Source of the DNA: Paracoccaceae bacterium
GTDB taxonomy: Bacteria > Pseudomonadota > Alphaproteobacteria > Rhodobacterales > Rhodobacteraceae
DNA: 64,000 nucleotides
Direction: 5' to 3'
Assembly (NCBI GenBank): GCA_033723355.1
Contig: JAWVXG010000003.1
Coordinates: 64,747-128,746, forward strand
The translations under genes and the position numbers were made by a program. Below, in pieces: positions 1 to 9,661 of the stretch (position 1 is the first letter of the stretch; each line of letters opens with the position of its first letter). The notes beneath the pieces were generated by a model. The model worked only from the letters and a program-made list of their open reading frames with translations, did not search any database and was not told where the DNA came from.

Positions 1-115
1 ACGCGGATTTCAAGGCTCCACTTACGCTGACCGTCCCACCGCACCGGGTCCAGCATCCAACCCCCCGCACCGCCTGCCGACCAGTTCATGTGCCAGTCAG
101 ACCGAAGGAGCGACC

Positions 116-1738
116 ATGACCCCGCTGGACAAGGCCATCGCCGCTTTCACCGCCACGCAACCGCAGGACCATGACGGGTTGCGCCATCTCTGGGCGGAAT
201 GGGCAACACAGATCGCGCAGACGCCCGAGGTGCTTGCGGGCCTTTACCAAACCTATCTGGACACGGTCCGGCAAAGCCTTGACGACAACGCGCCACCTGC
301 GCTGGGTGGTCAGGCAGGTGCCGGCCGCTTCGTTCTGGCCTTTGCCAACGGAACATATCTACCTGATTTCCAGCATAAGAAGCGCGCCTGGACGCTGCTG
401 CAATCGCATCATGCCGAACATCTGTCCTTGATCCGGCAGGCCTTGCTGCGGCCCGACCATGTGGTTTTTGACGATCCCCCGCGCGGTGCCACCGGACGAT
501 GGGGGGCCGTCGTCGGTGCCATGTTGACGCTTTATCGCCAGCACAAGGTTTTCGGGCCGGGCTCCGAGGTGCTGGAGGGTGATGTCATCCCCCTGATGCC
601 CGCCTTCTTCCGCGCCTTCCCGCAAGAGGGGAACCATATCCTGCTGTCCATGCTGGCCGACCATGCTGACGCCGCCGATGTCATGGCCTATTGGCTGCGC
701 TATCATTGCGACAGCGAAGCCGATCTGGCGCAGACGCCCACCGTGTCGGTCGCACTCGGTCTTCTGGGACCGCATGGCCATCAGAGCGGCGCATTCTTCG
801 CGATGGGGGCCAGGATCTTCGCGCGTCTTCTGCATGACGCGGCAACATGGCCGCCGACGCGCCTTGCCGCCTTCTGGCGCGCCTTCGTAGAGGCGCCCAT
901 GCAGATCGAGCCTGTCACCCGACAGGATGCAGCCGCGAAAGCGCGGCATTTGGCGGCAATGTATCGCAGATGGGCGGAGCAGGAGGGCGACGATACCAGC
1001 TTCGCCGCACAGGCGCGGCGCGAAAGGAATGAAGTCTCTGCCCGCGCGCAGGAGGCTGAAGCAGAGCAGATCGAGGCGGATTTCGACGCATGGACCGCCC
1101 GCCGCAGGCGCAGCGCCGTGCGATCCCTGGCAAGCTCTGCCACGCGGCGCAAGACCTTGGCGGCAGTCGCGCAAAGGCTTCCGTCCCCCTATGCCGCAAT
1201 GGCCAAGACCCTGCTGGACGAGGCGAAAGCCGATGCCGCGCGCCCCAAGCTCTTTGCCATCGGCAAACCGGCGCAGAACCGCTTTCGCGATCCGGGTTTC
1301 AAACTGCTGGTGATCGAAGAGTTGATGTATCGGCAGGGTGTGCTGCTGCCCAAGTTCGACATCCATGCACTTGCCGCCGAATACGACAAACGCGAGATCC
1401 GGGTGGAACTGGAGGGATATGCCATCATCCCCGAAGCGAAGACCTATTTCGCCAATCTACCCATCACCGATGACCTGCTGACCCGCGTGACAACCCTGCA
1501 CCAGTCCAGCGGAATGGACGGAGGGCCGCGCCACATGGACCATCTGTTCCCCTTCTGGGATCCCGGCGCTGGTGACGGCCCTGTGCCGGTGACGGCCAAG
1601 GCCGTGGCGGATCTGGACCTTCTGCCGAACCTGACGCGCATCAGCGGATTGGAGAACAGCAAGCCGAACAGAACGCTGCTTGCCGCGCTCAAGGCACGCG
1701 GAATCGCACTTTTGCACGAAGGGCAGAAGCAGGATTGA
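116..1738 (+). CDS. hypothetical protein (540 aa), no motif recognised
   Basis: Longest ORF here. The ATG is preceded by GAAGGAG 6 nt upstream. Overlapping ORFs are shorter and low-complexity. Confidence 0.5.
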   Translation: MTPLDKAIAAFTATQPQDHDGLRHLWAEWATQIAQTPEVLAGLYQTYLDTVRQSLDDNAPPALGGQAGAGRFVLAFANGTYLPDFQHKKRAWTLLQSHHAEHLSLIRQALLRPDHVVFDDPPRGATGRWGAVVGAMLTLYRQHKVFGPGSEVLEGDVIPLMPAFFRAFPQEGNHILLSMLADHADAADVMAYWLRYHCDSEADLAQTPTVSVALGLLGPHGHQSGAFFAMGARIFARLLHDAATWPPTRLAAFWRAFVEAPMQIEPVTRQDAAAKARHLAAMYRRWAEQEGDDTSFAAQARRERNEVSARAQEAEAEQIEADFDAWTARRRRSAVRSLASSATRRKTLAAVAQRLPSPYAAMAKTLLDEAKADAARPKLFAIGKPAQNRFRDPGFKLLVIEELMYRQGVLLPKFDIHALAAEYDKREIRVELEGYAIIPEAKTYFANLPITDDLLTRVTTLHQSSGMDGGPRHMDHLFPFWDPGAGDGPVPVTAKAVADLDLLPNLTRISGLENSKPNRTLLAALKARGIALLHEGQKQD

Positions 1739-1797
1739 TCCGCAACGGCGTCCCTTGGCGGTGGCCAAGGCCGCAGCCCACCCCGAAGCATCCTTGG

Positions 1798-2553
1798 TCA
1801 AAGATGATGCAGGACCAGCGGGCGGCCATCCTGCCGGATCACGCGCAGTCGGGTGTCGTAAAGCGCGCCCAGAACATCGGGCGCAAAGACCGTCTCAGGG
1901 GTGCCATGGGCCAGAACCCGACCGGCCTTCAACGCCACGACATGATCCGCCCAGGCGGCGGCATAATTCACCTCATGCAGCACCATGACGATGCTTTTGC
2001 CGCTGTCGCGCAACCGCGCCAATGTCTGCATCAACGCGCGGGCATGGGCCATGTCCAGCGCGGCCAAAGGCTCATCCAGCAAGAGCCACGGCGTATCCTG
2101 CGCCAGTGCCATGGCCAGATGGGCCCGCTGACGCTGCCCGCCGGAAAGTTGATCCAGAAAGCGGTGGGACAGATCATCAAGCCCCATGTCGTGCAGCGCC
2201 GCCGCGACCTTGGCCGCATCCTGCGGGCCGGGCCGTCCCTGATGATGCGGCCAGCGCCCGAATGCCACCAGTTCGCGCACACGCAACCGGCTGAAGACAG
2301 CGGCATTCTGCGGCAGGATCGCCATGGTCCGCGCCAACTCTCGGCTGGGCGCGCGTTGCACATCCAGCCCGGCCACGGTGATCTGCCCCTGCTGCAACGG
2401 GGTCAACCGCGCGACAAGAGACAAGAGCGTTGATTTGCCCGCACCATTCGGCCCGATCAACGCGGTGATCTTCCCGACCGGCAGAGTCAGGGTGATGTCC
2501 CGCAGGATCTGGGCCTGCCCGATATGGTGGTGCACATCCGATACCGCGATCAT
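1798..2553 (-). CDS. iron-siderophore ABC transporter ATP-binding protein (FecE/FepC family)
   Basis: Walker A GPNGAGKST, signature LSGGQRQR, Walker B LLLDEP. An internal ATG at 2553 overlaps the upstream stop (ATGA). Confidence 0.9.
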   Translation of the reverse strand: MIAVSDVHHHIGQAQILRDITLTLPVGKITALIGPNGAGKSTLLSLVARLTPLQQGQITVAGLDVQRAPSRELARTMAILPQNAAVFSRLRVRELVAFGRWPHHQGRPGPQDAAKVAAALHDMGLDDLSHRFLDQLSGGQRQRAHLAMALAQDTPWLLLDEPLAALDMAHARALMQTLARLRDSGKSIVMVLHEVNYAAAWADHVVALKAGRVLAHGTPETVFAPDVLGALYDTRLRVIRQDGRPLVLHHL

Positions 2554-3509
2554 CTGATCCGACCTTTCAGCAAGAGCCATAGAAACGCCACACCGCCCGC
2601 CCCTTCCAGCACGGCAGGCAGGGCCGATTGCAGGCGCTGCACCCGTTCAAAGACCAACTGCCCCGCCACCAGCATCAGCACGGCCAGCACGCTGGCGGTG
2701 ATGAGCAGCGGCAGATGACGCGCGCTTCCTGCCAGCGGGCGCGCCAGGGCCACGACGATCAGGCCCAGAAACGTCAGCGGGCCGACCAGCGCCGTCGCCA
2801 CCGCTACCAGAACCGCCACCAGGGCCAGCGCCAGCATCACCAGCCCGTCATGGCGCAACCCCAGGGCCACCGCCGTCTCGCGCCCCAGCGCGGCTACGTC
2901 CAGACGCGGAGCCAGCCACACTGCCAGCCCTGCGGCCAGCCCCGTCACCCCGGCGGCAAAGGGCAGCAGACCCGCATCAAGCCGGGTCAGACTGACCACG
3001 GATTCCGCCTGCACCACGGCAAAGGCGTTGGGGTCCATCAGCCGCGCGATCAGATTGGCCAACGACCGCAACAGGATGCCAAGGATCACCCCTGTCAGGA
3101 TCATCCGGGCCACATCCTGCGACCCGCGCCCCAGCAACGTGCCGAACAGCGCCAGCGCGGCCAGAACCATGACCACCAGCTCCAGCGTGAACTTGCCTGC
3201 CACCGGCAGGGTCGCGAAACCGACCGGACCAAGCACCAGCACCAGCCCGGTCTGCAACAGGATATAAAGCGCATCGACCCCCATGATCTGCGGGGTCAGG
3301 ATGCGGTTGCGGCTGACGGTCTGGAACAGGACCGTGGCCACGGCGATGGCCACGCCCAGCACGACCATGCCGGCCAGCCGCGTGGCGCGCAGCGGCAGCA
3401 CCACATCCGCGCGCGGGCCAAGCCCCGCCAGAAGATAGACCGCCCCCACCATCAGCAGCGCCAGCATCAGCCACAGCCCCGGCCAAGGCAGGCGTCCCAC
3501 GCTAGTCAT
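2550..3509 (-). CDS. iron chelate ABC permease (FecCD family)
   Basis: Polytopic hydrophobic protein between the FecCD-like paralogue and the ATPase. The start at 3509 overlaps the upstream stop by 8 nt. Confidence 0.85.
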   Translation of the reverse strand: MTSVGRLPWPGLWLMLALLMVGAVYLLAGLGPRADVVLPLRATRLAGMVVLGVAIAVATVLFQTVSRNRILTPQIMGVDALYILLQTGLVLVLGPVGFATLPVAGKFTLELVVMVLAALALFGTLLGRGSQDVARMILTGVILGILLRSLANLIARLMDPNAFAVVQAESVVSLTRLDAGLLPFAAGVTGLAAGLAVWLAPRLDVAALGRETAVALGLRHDGLVMLALALVAVLVAVATALVGPLTFLGLIVVALARPLAGSARHLPLLITASVLAVLMLVAGQLVFERVQRLQSALPAVLEGAGGVAFLWLLLKGRIR

Positions 3510-4452
3510 GGCCCGGCCTCCGCCACAAAAGCCACAGAAAGACCCCCGCCCCCAGCACACCCAGAACGGTCGAGACGGGTAATTCATAGGGAAAGATCAG
3601 AAGCCGCCCGATGATGTCGCAGATCAGCAACAAGCCCGCCCCTGCCAGTGCCGTGACAGGCAGGCTGGCCCGCAGATTGTCGCCCATCACGCGTGAGACG
3701 ATATTGGGCACGACCAGCCCCAGAAAGGGGATCATGCCAACCGTGGCCATGACCATGGCGGTGACAACGGCAACGATCACCAGCCCCAGGCGCATCACGG
3801 CCTCGGGGTTCAGCCCCAGACCGCGCGCCACCCCATCACCCAAGCCAAGGATGGCCAGACGATCCGCCGCGAAAAGGGCCAGCCCGGCCGCCAGCCCCGC
3901 GATCCACAAAAGCTCGTATCGCCCGGCGATCACGCCCGAAAACTCGCCCGTCATCAGCCAGATACCGACAAGCTGGATCAGGTCGGTCTGCCAGCCGATA
4001 TGCAGGACGACAGCGCCCAGCACGCCGGACCAGATCAGCCCGGTCAGGGGGATCAGAAGAACCTCTTGCGGGGGCAGATGCCGGATCAGGGACAGAAACA
4101 CCGCTGTTCCCGCAAGCCCCCCCAGACTGGCCGCGATCATGCGCGTGCCGATGCCGGCCTCGGGAAAGGCCAGCGTCGCCAGCAGCAGGCCCAGCGCCGC
4201 CGCCTCGCCCGTGCCGGTGGTGCCGGGTTCGACAAAACGGTTGCGCACCAGCTCCTGCATCACCACCCCCGCGACAGCAAGCGCCGCCCCCGTCAGCATC
4301 ACCGCCAGCGTGCGCGGCCAGCGCGAGATGGACAGGATCAGGCCGCCCTGCGCCCCCGACAGATCCGCGACGCCGATCAGCAGACTGGCCAACGCCAGCG
4401 GGATCAGGGCCAGCACCATCAAGACAAGCGGACGGGCGCGCAAGACGATCAC
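3502..4452 (-). CDS. iron chelate ABC permease (FecCD family)
   Basis: Polytopic membrane protein, paralogous to the next gene. Its GTG start overlaps the stop of the binding-protein gene. Confidence 0.85.
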   Translation of the reverse strand: MIVLRARPLVLMVLALIPLALASLLIGVADLSGAQGGLILSISRWPRTLAVMLTGAALAVAGVVMQELVRNRFVEPGTTGTGEAAALGLLLATLAFPEAGIGTRMIAASLGGLAGTAVFLSLIRHLPPQEVLLIPLTGLIWSGVLGAVVLHIGWQTDLIQLVGIWLMTGEFSGVIAGRYELLWIAGLAAGLALFAADRLAILGLGDGVARGLGLNPEAVMRLGLVIVAVVTAMVMATVGMIPFLGLVVPNIVSRVMGDNLRASLPVTALAGAGLLLICDIIGRLLIFPYELPVSTVLGVLGAGVFLWLLWRRPGHD

Positions 4453-5351
4453 CCCGCGAAGGCCGCCAGAAGCTCGTCCAGCGTGGTCATCAGCGCGGAA
4501 TAGCCGCCGGCGGCGACATAGACCGGGGCCGGTGACAAGGCGACGATCCGCCCGGCCTGCGCTGCCTTGGTCCCGGCCACCAAGGGGTTGTCCAGCGTCG
4601 CACTGACCGAGGCCGGTTGGCCGATGGCCGCCGACCTGTCCACCACGATCAGCCAGTCAGGATCGACCTTTGCGATGAATTCAAAGGAAATGGCATCGCC
4701 ATGCACCTGCGGGTCAAGATCGGCATGGGCTTCCGCAAGGCCCAACGTCTCATGTATCCAGCCAAAGCGCGTGCCGCGCCCATAGGCCGACAGTTTCGGC
4801 CCGTTGGTCATCACGATCAGCGCGTTCCCCTTGCCCTGCACCGCGTCGCGCAGCGCCTCGATCCGGGCCAAAAGGGCACCGTCCAAGGCCGCTGCCGCAT
4901 CGGCCTTGTCGAACAGCGCGCCATAGGCGACCAGCCGCGCCCGCGCCTCGGCCAGCGGATCGTCCCAGATCGTCATGTCGATCACCGGGGCCAGGGCCGC
5001 GACAGCATCGAACTGCGTGGACGACCGTCCACCGACAATGATCAGATCCGGCCCCAGCATGGCCAGCCCCTCAAGGTCCGGCTCGAACAGCGTGCCGATC
5101 ACCGCGGCGCTGTCCTGCACCGCCGCGAGGCTGTCGAGGTAGAGCCGGTCCGGCACCCCGGCGACCGGCACGTCCAGCGCCGTCAGCGTGTCAATCGCGG
5201 CGATGTCATAGACGGCAATCCGCTCTGGCATCAGCGCCAGCGTCACCGGGCCGCGCGCTGTCTCGATCGTCACCTCCCGCGCGGACAGGTGCAGCGGCAT
5301 CAGCGCAGCCAGCACGGCACAGAGCAGGATAGGGCGGACATGACGTAACAT
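4449..5351 (-). CDS. periplasmic iron-siderophore binding protein (cluster A/class 8 SBP)
   Basis: N-terminal signal peptide MLRHVRPILLCAVLAALMPLHLSA. First gene of the permease/ATPase operon. Confidence 0.8.
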   Translation of the reverse strand: MLRHVRPILLCAVLAALMPLHLSAREVTIETARGPVTLALMPERIAVYDIAAIDTLTALDVPVAGVPDRLYLDSLAAVQDSAAVIGTLFEPDLEGLAMLGPDLIIVGGRSSTQFDAVAALAPVIDMTIWDDPLAEARARLVAYGALFDKADAAAALDGALLARIEALRDAVQGKGNALIVMTNGPKLSAYGRGTRFGWIHETLGLAEAHADLDPQVHGDAISFEFIAKVDPDWLIVVDRSAAIGQPASVSATLDNPLVAGTKAAQAGRIVALSPAPVYVAAGGYSALMTTLDELLAAFAG

Positions 5352-5473
5352 CAGGCTCTCCGTAGGGTCAGACGTGTGGCTGGAGATCTGGCTGCACGGT
5401 TGCCCCGGTGATTAGCGGCTTGTCGGGCAAGGGTCCAGCAGGTATTCCGACAAAAACAGACGGGAATTATATC

Positions 5474-5767
5474 ATGCTAGTCAGCACCGCCCATTATCCG
5501 ACGGCCCATGGCCCGAAATACCTGCAACAACTGTGCAAGCATTTCGCCCACAAGGCAGAGGTCAGCCATACCGAGACGACGGGTCGCGCCGTCCTTGGCG
5601 AGGGTCTGGCCCATCTGGACGCGGATGCCACGGGCCTGACCATCCGGGTCGAGGCGCCGGATGCCAAGGCAGTCATCCAGACCCGTTATGTGATCGACGT
5701 GCATCTGGTGAACTTTGCCTTCCGCGAAGGGTTCACAGGCCTGACATGGACGATGGCCGCAGCCTGA
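5474..5767 (+). CDS. DUF2218-like small protein
   Basis: YLQQLCKHFAHK ... HLVNFAFRE pattern recalled for DUF2218. Divergent from the iron importer. Start placed at the internal ATG at 5474. Confidence 0.55.
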   Translation: MLVSTAHYPTAHGPKYLQQLCKHFAHKAEVSHTETTGRAVLGEGLAHLDADATGLTIRVEAPDAKAVIQTRYVIDVHLVNFAFREGFTGLTWTMAAA

Positions 5768-5848
5768 TCCGGCCTGGGGCCAAGGCGGGTCGCCGCAGCA
5801 ATCGCACCCTCGCAAATCGGGGCGCGGCGGGGTAAGGACGGGCCTGCA

Positions 5849-6367
5849 ATGACCCTGACAGGACAGCGCGTGGAACATTCACCCCCGGACGGCCCGGTAT
5901 CTGACCAGATCGCCTTTGGCGACGATGATCCGCGCATCGCCTATAACCGCGCCTTCTTTGCGCTGCTGCGGGTCAATCGCTCGCTGATGCCCGAAATCAC
6001 CAAGTCGCTGCGCGCCATCGGGATCGCAGATCCGATCTGGTATGAGATCCTGCTGGCAACCGAGGAGGCCGGGGCAGACGGTATCCAGATGATCGCGCTG
6101 CAACGACGCCTTTTTCTGCCGCAATACGCCCTGTCCCGCCATGTCGCGCGGATCGAGGCGGCCGGCCTGATCCGCCGCGAAGCGATGGCAGGCTCGGGGC
6201 GCGGCGCAGGGCGGGCGCAGATCCTGCATGTGACGGACAAGGGCAAGGGCCTGCATCAGCAGGTCTGGCAGGTCTATGTGACCAAGATCCAGTCCGCGTT
6301 GGCCCCGCGCCTGACGACGGACGACGCCTATGCCCTGACCCGGATGCTGAACCGGCTTTACGATTGA
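5849..6367 (+). CDS. MarR family transcriptional regulator
   Basis: Winged-HTH segment QMIALQRRLFLPQYALSRHVARIEAAGLIRRE. Size is typical of the family. Confidence 0.75.
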   Translation: MTLTGQRVEHSPPDGPVSDQIAFGDDDPRIAYNRAFFALLRVNRSLMPEITKSLRAIGIADPIWYEILLATEEAGADGIQMIALQRRLFLPQYALSRHVARIEAAGLIRREAMAGSGRGAGRAQILHVTDKGKGLHQQVWQVYVTKIQSALAPRLTTDDAYALTRMLNRLYD

Positions 6368-6432
6368 TCCCGGTCCCCCGGCATGAAAAAGGGCCGGTCG
6401 CCCGGCCCTCTCCCCTGCTCATCCTGTCCCGT

Positions 6433-8427
6433 TCAGAACGTGAAACCGGCCGTCACCGAGATTGTCCGGCCCGGCTCGTAAAGCGGTGTCAAGCTCGAGA
6501 AATCGGCGCCATAAGTGGCGCGGTCGGCATATTCCTTGTCAAAGACGTTGTCGATGGCCGCCCGGATCACCAGCCCGTCGATGGTCGAGGGGCGGTATTC
6601 CGTGAACAGGTTCAGCACGGCATAGCCGGGGATGGCCCGATCCGCGAAACCCACGATCTCCTCATATTTCTGCGCGGCCTCGATGCTGCCGCCAAAGGTG
6701 AAATCGCTGCCATTCGGGTTGTGCTGCACCTCGATCGCCAGCACGCCGCCCAAGGGCGCGGCCAGATCCAGCGCGGCGAAACTATCCGCTGCGGCGCCGT
6801 TCACCTCCAACTCGCTATAGGAATAGCTGGCCCGCAGGAAGCCACCTTGCCAGCCATAGCCGAGGCCCAGATTATAGCCCTGAGTTTCCAGATCGCCGTT
6901 GCCATTGGCGCGGAACGAACTGACGCGGGCATTGTCGATCTGCGTCATGAAAACCTCGCCGTCCACGCGCAGGGTGCCATTGTCATAGACCGCGCCCAGC
7001 GTGTAATTCGTGGCCCGCGCCGGCTCCAGCGCGTCATAGGTCCAGGCCGGGTTGAAGATGAAGTTGTCCTCGATGCTCAACCCGCCGAAAACCGACGAGA
7101 CACCGGCCCGCAGCGTCAGCGTCTCGGTCACGTCATAGGCGACGGACAGATTGCCGCTGAAGCCGTCATAGTCGCCCCGGAACCCTGATGTGCCGGTGAA
7201 TTCCTGACGGTCCCAGCGCATCCCGAAGGACAGCGACAACGCCTCGGTCGGATCAAGCCGCGCCTGCGCATAGATGCCGACATTGCGCGACTCCTCGGTG
7301 ATGGGCGCGGTGGCATCATCGCGGTAGCTGCTGGTGCGATCATGGAAATCGACACCCACCGTGACCGTATCCGTGGCCCCGATGTGAAAGCGGTTCTCGA
7401 CCTTGCCGGACAGGGTCTCGGTCTTGCCGACACTGACGCCAAGTGCGGGAGAGCTGGGCTGATCCACACCGATGGTCACATCGGACTGGCCGAAAACGAT
7501 CCGGGGATCCCATAACCCTGCCGCCTGCGTATTCTCATAGGTGAACCCATAGGTATTGCGCTCTGTCTCATAGCGGCGCAGGGGGCGCGGCGCGCCATCC
7601 GCGATGAAATTCGCACGAAAGGGTCGCAGCGCATCGTCGATCATCCGCTGACCCGACAGCTCGAACCGGTGCCCCGTATCGGATTCATAGGCCAGTTTCA
7701 GCAACCCCGTGGTCAGGTCAGCCGCGCTGCCTTCCACCACCAGACCCGAGCCTGTCTCGTAATCCTCGCCGGTGGCGCGCTTGCCATAGGCCAGAACCTC
7801 AAACCCCTGATGCTGCGCCGCAAGGGTCAGCGCACGGCCGAAAGTCTCACCGTTGTCGCCGTAAGACAGGCGCGCATTGCCACCCACGGCCTGCCCTTCT
7901 GCCAGAACATCGGCCACATCGACGGTTTCCATCACCACAGCCCCCGCCAATGCGTTGGGTCCGGCATCGGCAGGGGCGGCCCCGGCATCGACCCTGACGG
8001 ATTTCAGCAGCCCGGGATCAAAGGCATTGGCCGACACATGGTGGAACAGGCGGTTGTTCTGCGCCACACCGTCTACCGAGACCGACAGGTTCAGCATATC
8101 CACGCCATTGACAAAGATCTTCTGCGCGATGGGAATCCCGCCGCCGACCGAAACCGAGGCGATCCCGCTGAACAGATCCTTGAGGTCGCCCATCCGCGCG
8201 CGGTCCAGTTCGGCATCCGCCACATATTGACTGTTGATCCGGTCGGCCGCGTTCCCGTCGGGGTCGCGGGCGCGCACATAATCAGGGTCCAGAAGGATCG
8301 TGCCAAGGAACCCGCCCTCGGCCTCTTGCGCCTGTGCAGGCAGGACCAGACACAGGGCCAGTGCCGTCGTGCAGGACAGCAGGGACCACGAGAGGGGACG
8401 GTGGTTTTGGGAAAACAGGACAGCCAT
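6433..8427 (-). CDS. TonB-dependent outer-membrane receptor
   Basis: Signal peptide ending AQAQE, plug-like N-terminus, beta-barrel-type sequence, C-terminal aromatic residue (...TAGFTF). Confidence 0.85.
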   Translation of the reverse strand: MAVLFSQNHRPLSWSLLSCTTALALCLVLPAQAQEAEGGFLGTILLDPDYVRARDPDGNAADRINSQYVADAELDRARMGDLKDLFSGIASVSVGGGIPIAQKIFVNGVDMLNLSVSVDGVAQNNRLFHHVSANAFDPGLLKSVRVDAGAAPADAGPNALAGAVVMETVDVADVLAEGQAVGGNARLSYGDNGETFGRALTLAAQHQGFEVLAYGKRATGEDYETGSGLVVEGSAADLTTGLLKLAYESDTGHRFELSGQRMIDDALRPFRANFIADGAPRPLRRYETERNTYGFTYENTQAAGLWDPRIVFGQSDVTIGVDQPSSPALGVSVGKTETLSGKVENRFHIGATDTVTVGVDFHDRTSSYRDDATAPITEESRNVGIYAQARLDPTEALSLSFGMRWDRQEFTGTSGFRGDYDGFSGNLSVAYDVTETLTLRAGVSSVFGGLSIEDNFIFNPAWTYDALEPARATNYTLGAVYDNGTLRVDGEVFMTQIDNARVSSFRANGNGDLETQGYNLGLGYGWQGGFLRASYSYSELEVNGAAADSFAALDLAAPLGGVLAIEVQHNPNGSDFTFGGSIEAAQKYEEIVGFADRAIPGYAVLNLFTEYRPSTIDGLVIRAAIDNVFDKEYADRATYGADFSSLTPLYEPGRTISVTAGFTF

Positions 8428-8592
8428 TTTTCGCTCCGATCAGTGATTTCTGGCTGAGAGGGCATCCTGGCTTTGGCGGGCAGCTAGCATGGCCGGACCA
8501 AACATGCAACTGCATGAAACGGGATTTCTTCCATTCGGGCGTGCCGCTTTTCGGGGGCTCGGCAGGGATTGCCGCGCAGGCCTTGTCATTCC

Positions 8593-8607
8593 TGATTATT
8601 TTTGTCA
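8593..8607. promoter_or_regulatory. TGA-N9-TCA element in an AT-rich patch of the divergent receptor/AraC promoter region
   Basis: The sequence tgattatttttgtca sits in the only AT-rich stretch of the 8428-8681 intergenic region. Its form matches the RirA IRO operator shape. Confidence 0.3.
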
Positions 8608-8681
8608 ATTATGAAGCCACCCCTCGCCGCAGGTGCCGCCCTGACCCTGCCTGACCTCGTCGCTTCTTCGGAACCTGTCCC

Positions 8682-9635
8682 ATGCCCTGCCCCAGAAAAC
8701 CCCGGCAGGACGTGTTCATGCCACGGATGACCGCGCGCACCCATGCGTTGCGGACGCTGGCACCGTTGCAGTTCCAACGCCTTGACGGGGCGGTCGCGGA
8801 TGTCTGGTCGGTGGACGGGCAGGAAGGCGGGGGCGGGTTCTACATCGCGCCCGATCCGCGACTGGTCGTTTTCCTGGACCCGACCCCGCCGCCACTTGGG
8901 TTGCGAACGGCCGAGACGGGCGAGGATCACATCGGCCTGCGCGGGGTCTACATTCCGGCCGGCATACCCCTGTGGAGCAGGGTCCGAACCGCAACCCGCC
9001 TGAACCATCTGGACATTCACTTGTCAGCCAGCATGTTGAGCCGCCGCCTGGGGACAGCCGGTGTGCGGACCGATCTGACAGCGCCCCGCATGATCGCCCA
9101 AAGCGCGACACTGGAAACCCTGGCAAATCTGGCAGCCGAGGAGGTGCGCCACCCGCGCCGCGGTCCGATGCTTCTGGACGGGTTACTGACCGCAGCGCTG
9201 GCCGAAGTCTTTGCCACAGCGGCCCCCACCCCCGCGCCGGATCTGTCCGGCGGTCTGGCCCCCTATCAACTTGCAGCGGTCGAGCGGTTGCTGCACGCAA
9301 ACCTGGCGCGGCACATCACCATCGCTGAAATGGCCGCAGCCGCCGGATTGTCGGAAAGCTGGTTTGCCCATGCCTTCAAGCAATCCATGCAGGAAACACC
9401 CCAACGCTGGCAGGCGCGCCTGAGGCTTGAGGCCGCCTGCGCGCTGATGCGTGACCTGTCCCTGTCGCTGGCGGAAATCGCGGATATGACCGGATATGCC
9501 GATCAGGCCCATATGTCGCGGGTCTTTCGCGCCGCCCATGGCACACCACCTTCGGCATGGCGCCGGCAAAATTTGCAACGGCCCGGGACAAATGACGGCA
9601 GCCCGGTTCAAGACGCCACCGATTTCCTGAGTTAA
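8682..9635 (+). CDS. AraC family transcriptional regulator (siderophore-responsive type by context)
   Basis: C-terminal AraC HTH LAEIADMTGYADQAHMSRVFRAAHGTPPSAWRR. Lies between two TonB-dependent receptor genes. The start is uncertain (alternative ATGs at 8718 and 8727). Confidence 0.8.
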   Translation: MPCPRKPRQDVFMPRMTARTHALRTLAPLQFQRLDGAVADVWSVDGQEGGGGFYIAPDPRLVVFLDPTPPPLGLRTAETGEDHIGLRGVYIPAGIPLWSRVRTATRLNHLDIHLSASMLSRRLGTAGVRTDLTAPRMIAQSATLETLANLAAEEVRHPRRGPMLLDGLLTAALAEVFATAAPTPAPDLSGGLAPYQLAAVERLLHANLARHITIAEMAAAAGLSESWFAHAFKQSMQETPQRWQARLRLEAACALMRDLSLSLAEIADMTGYADQAHMSRVFRAAHGTPPSAWRRQNLQRPGTNDGSPVQDATDFLS

Positions 9636-9661
9636 ACGCTCGGACAATCTGATCTCAAAGA

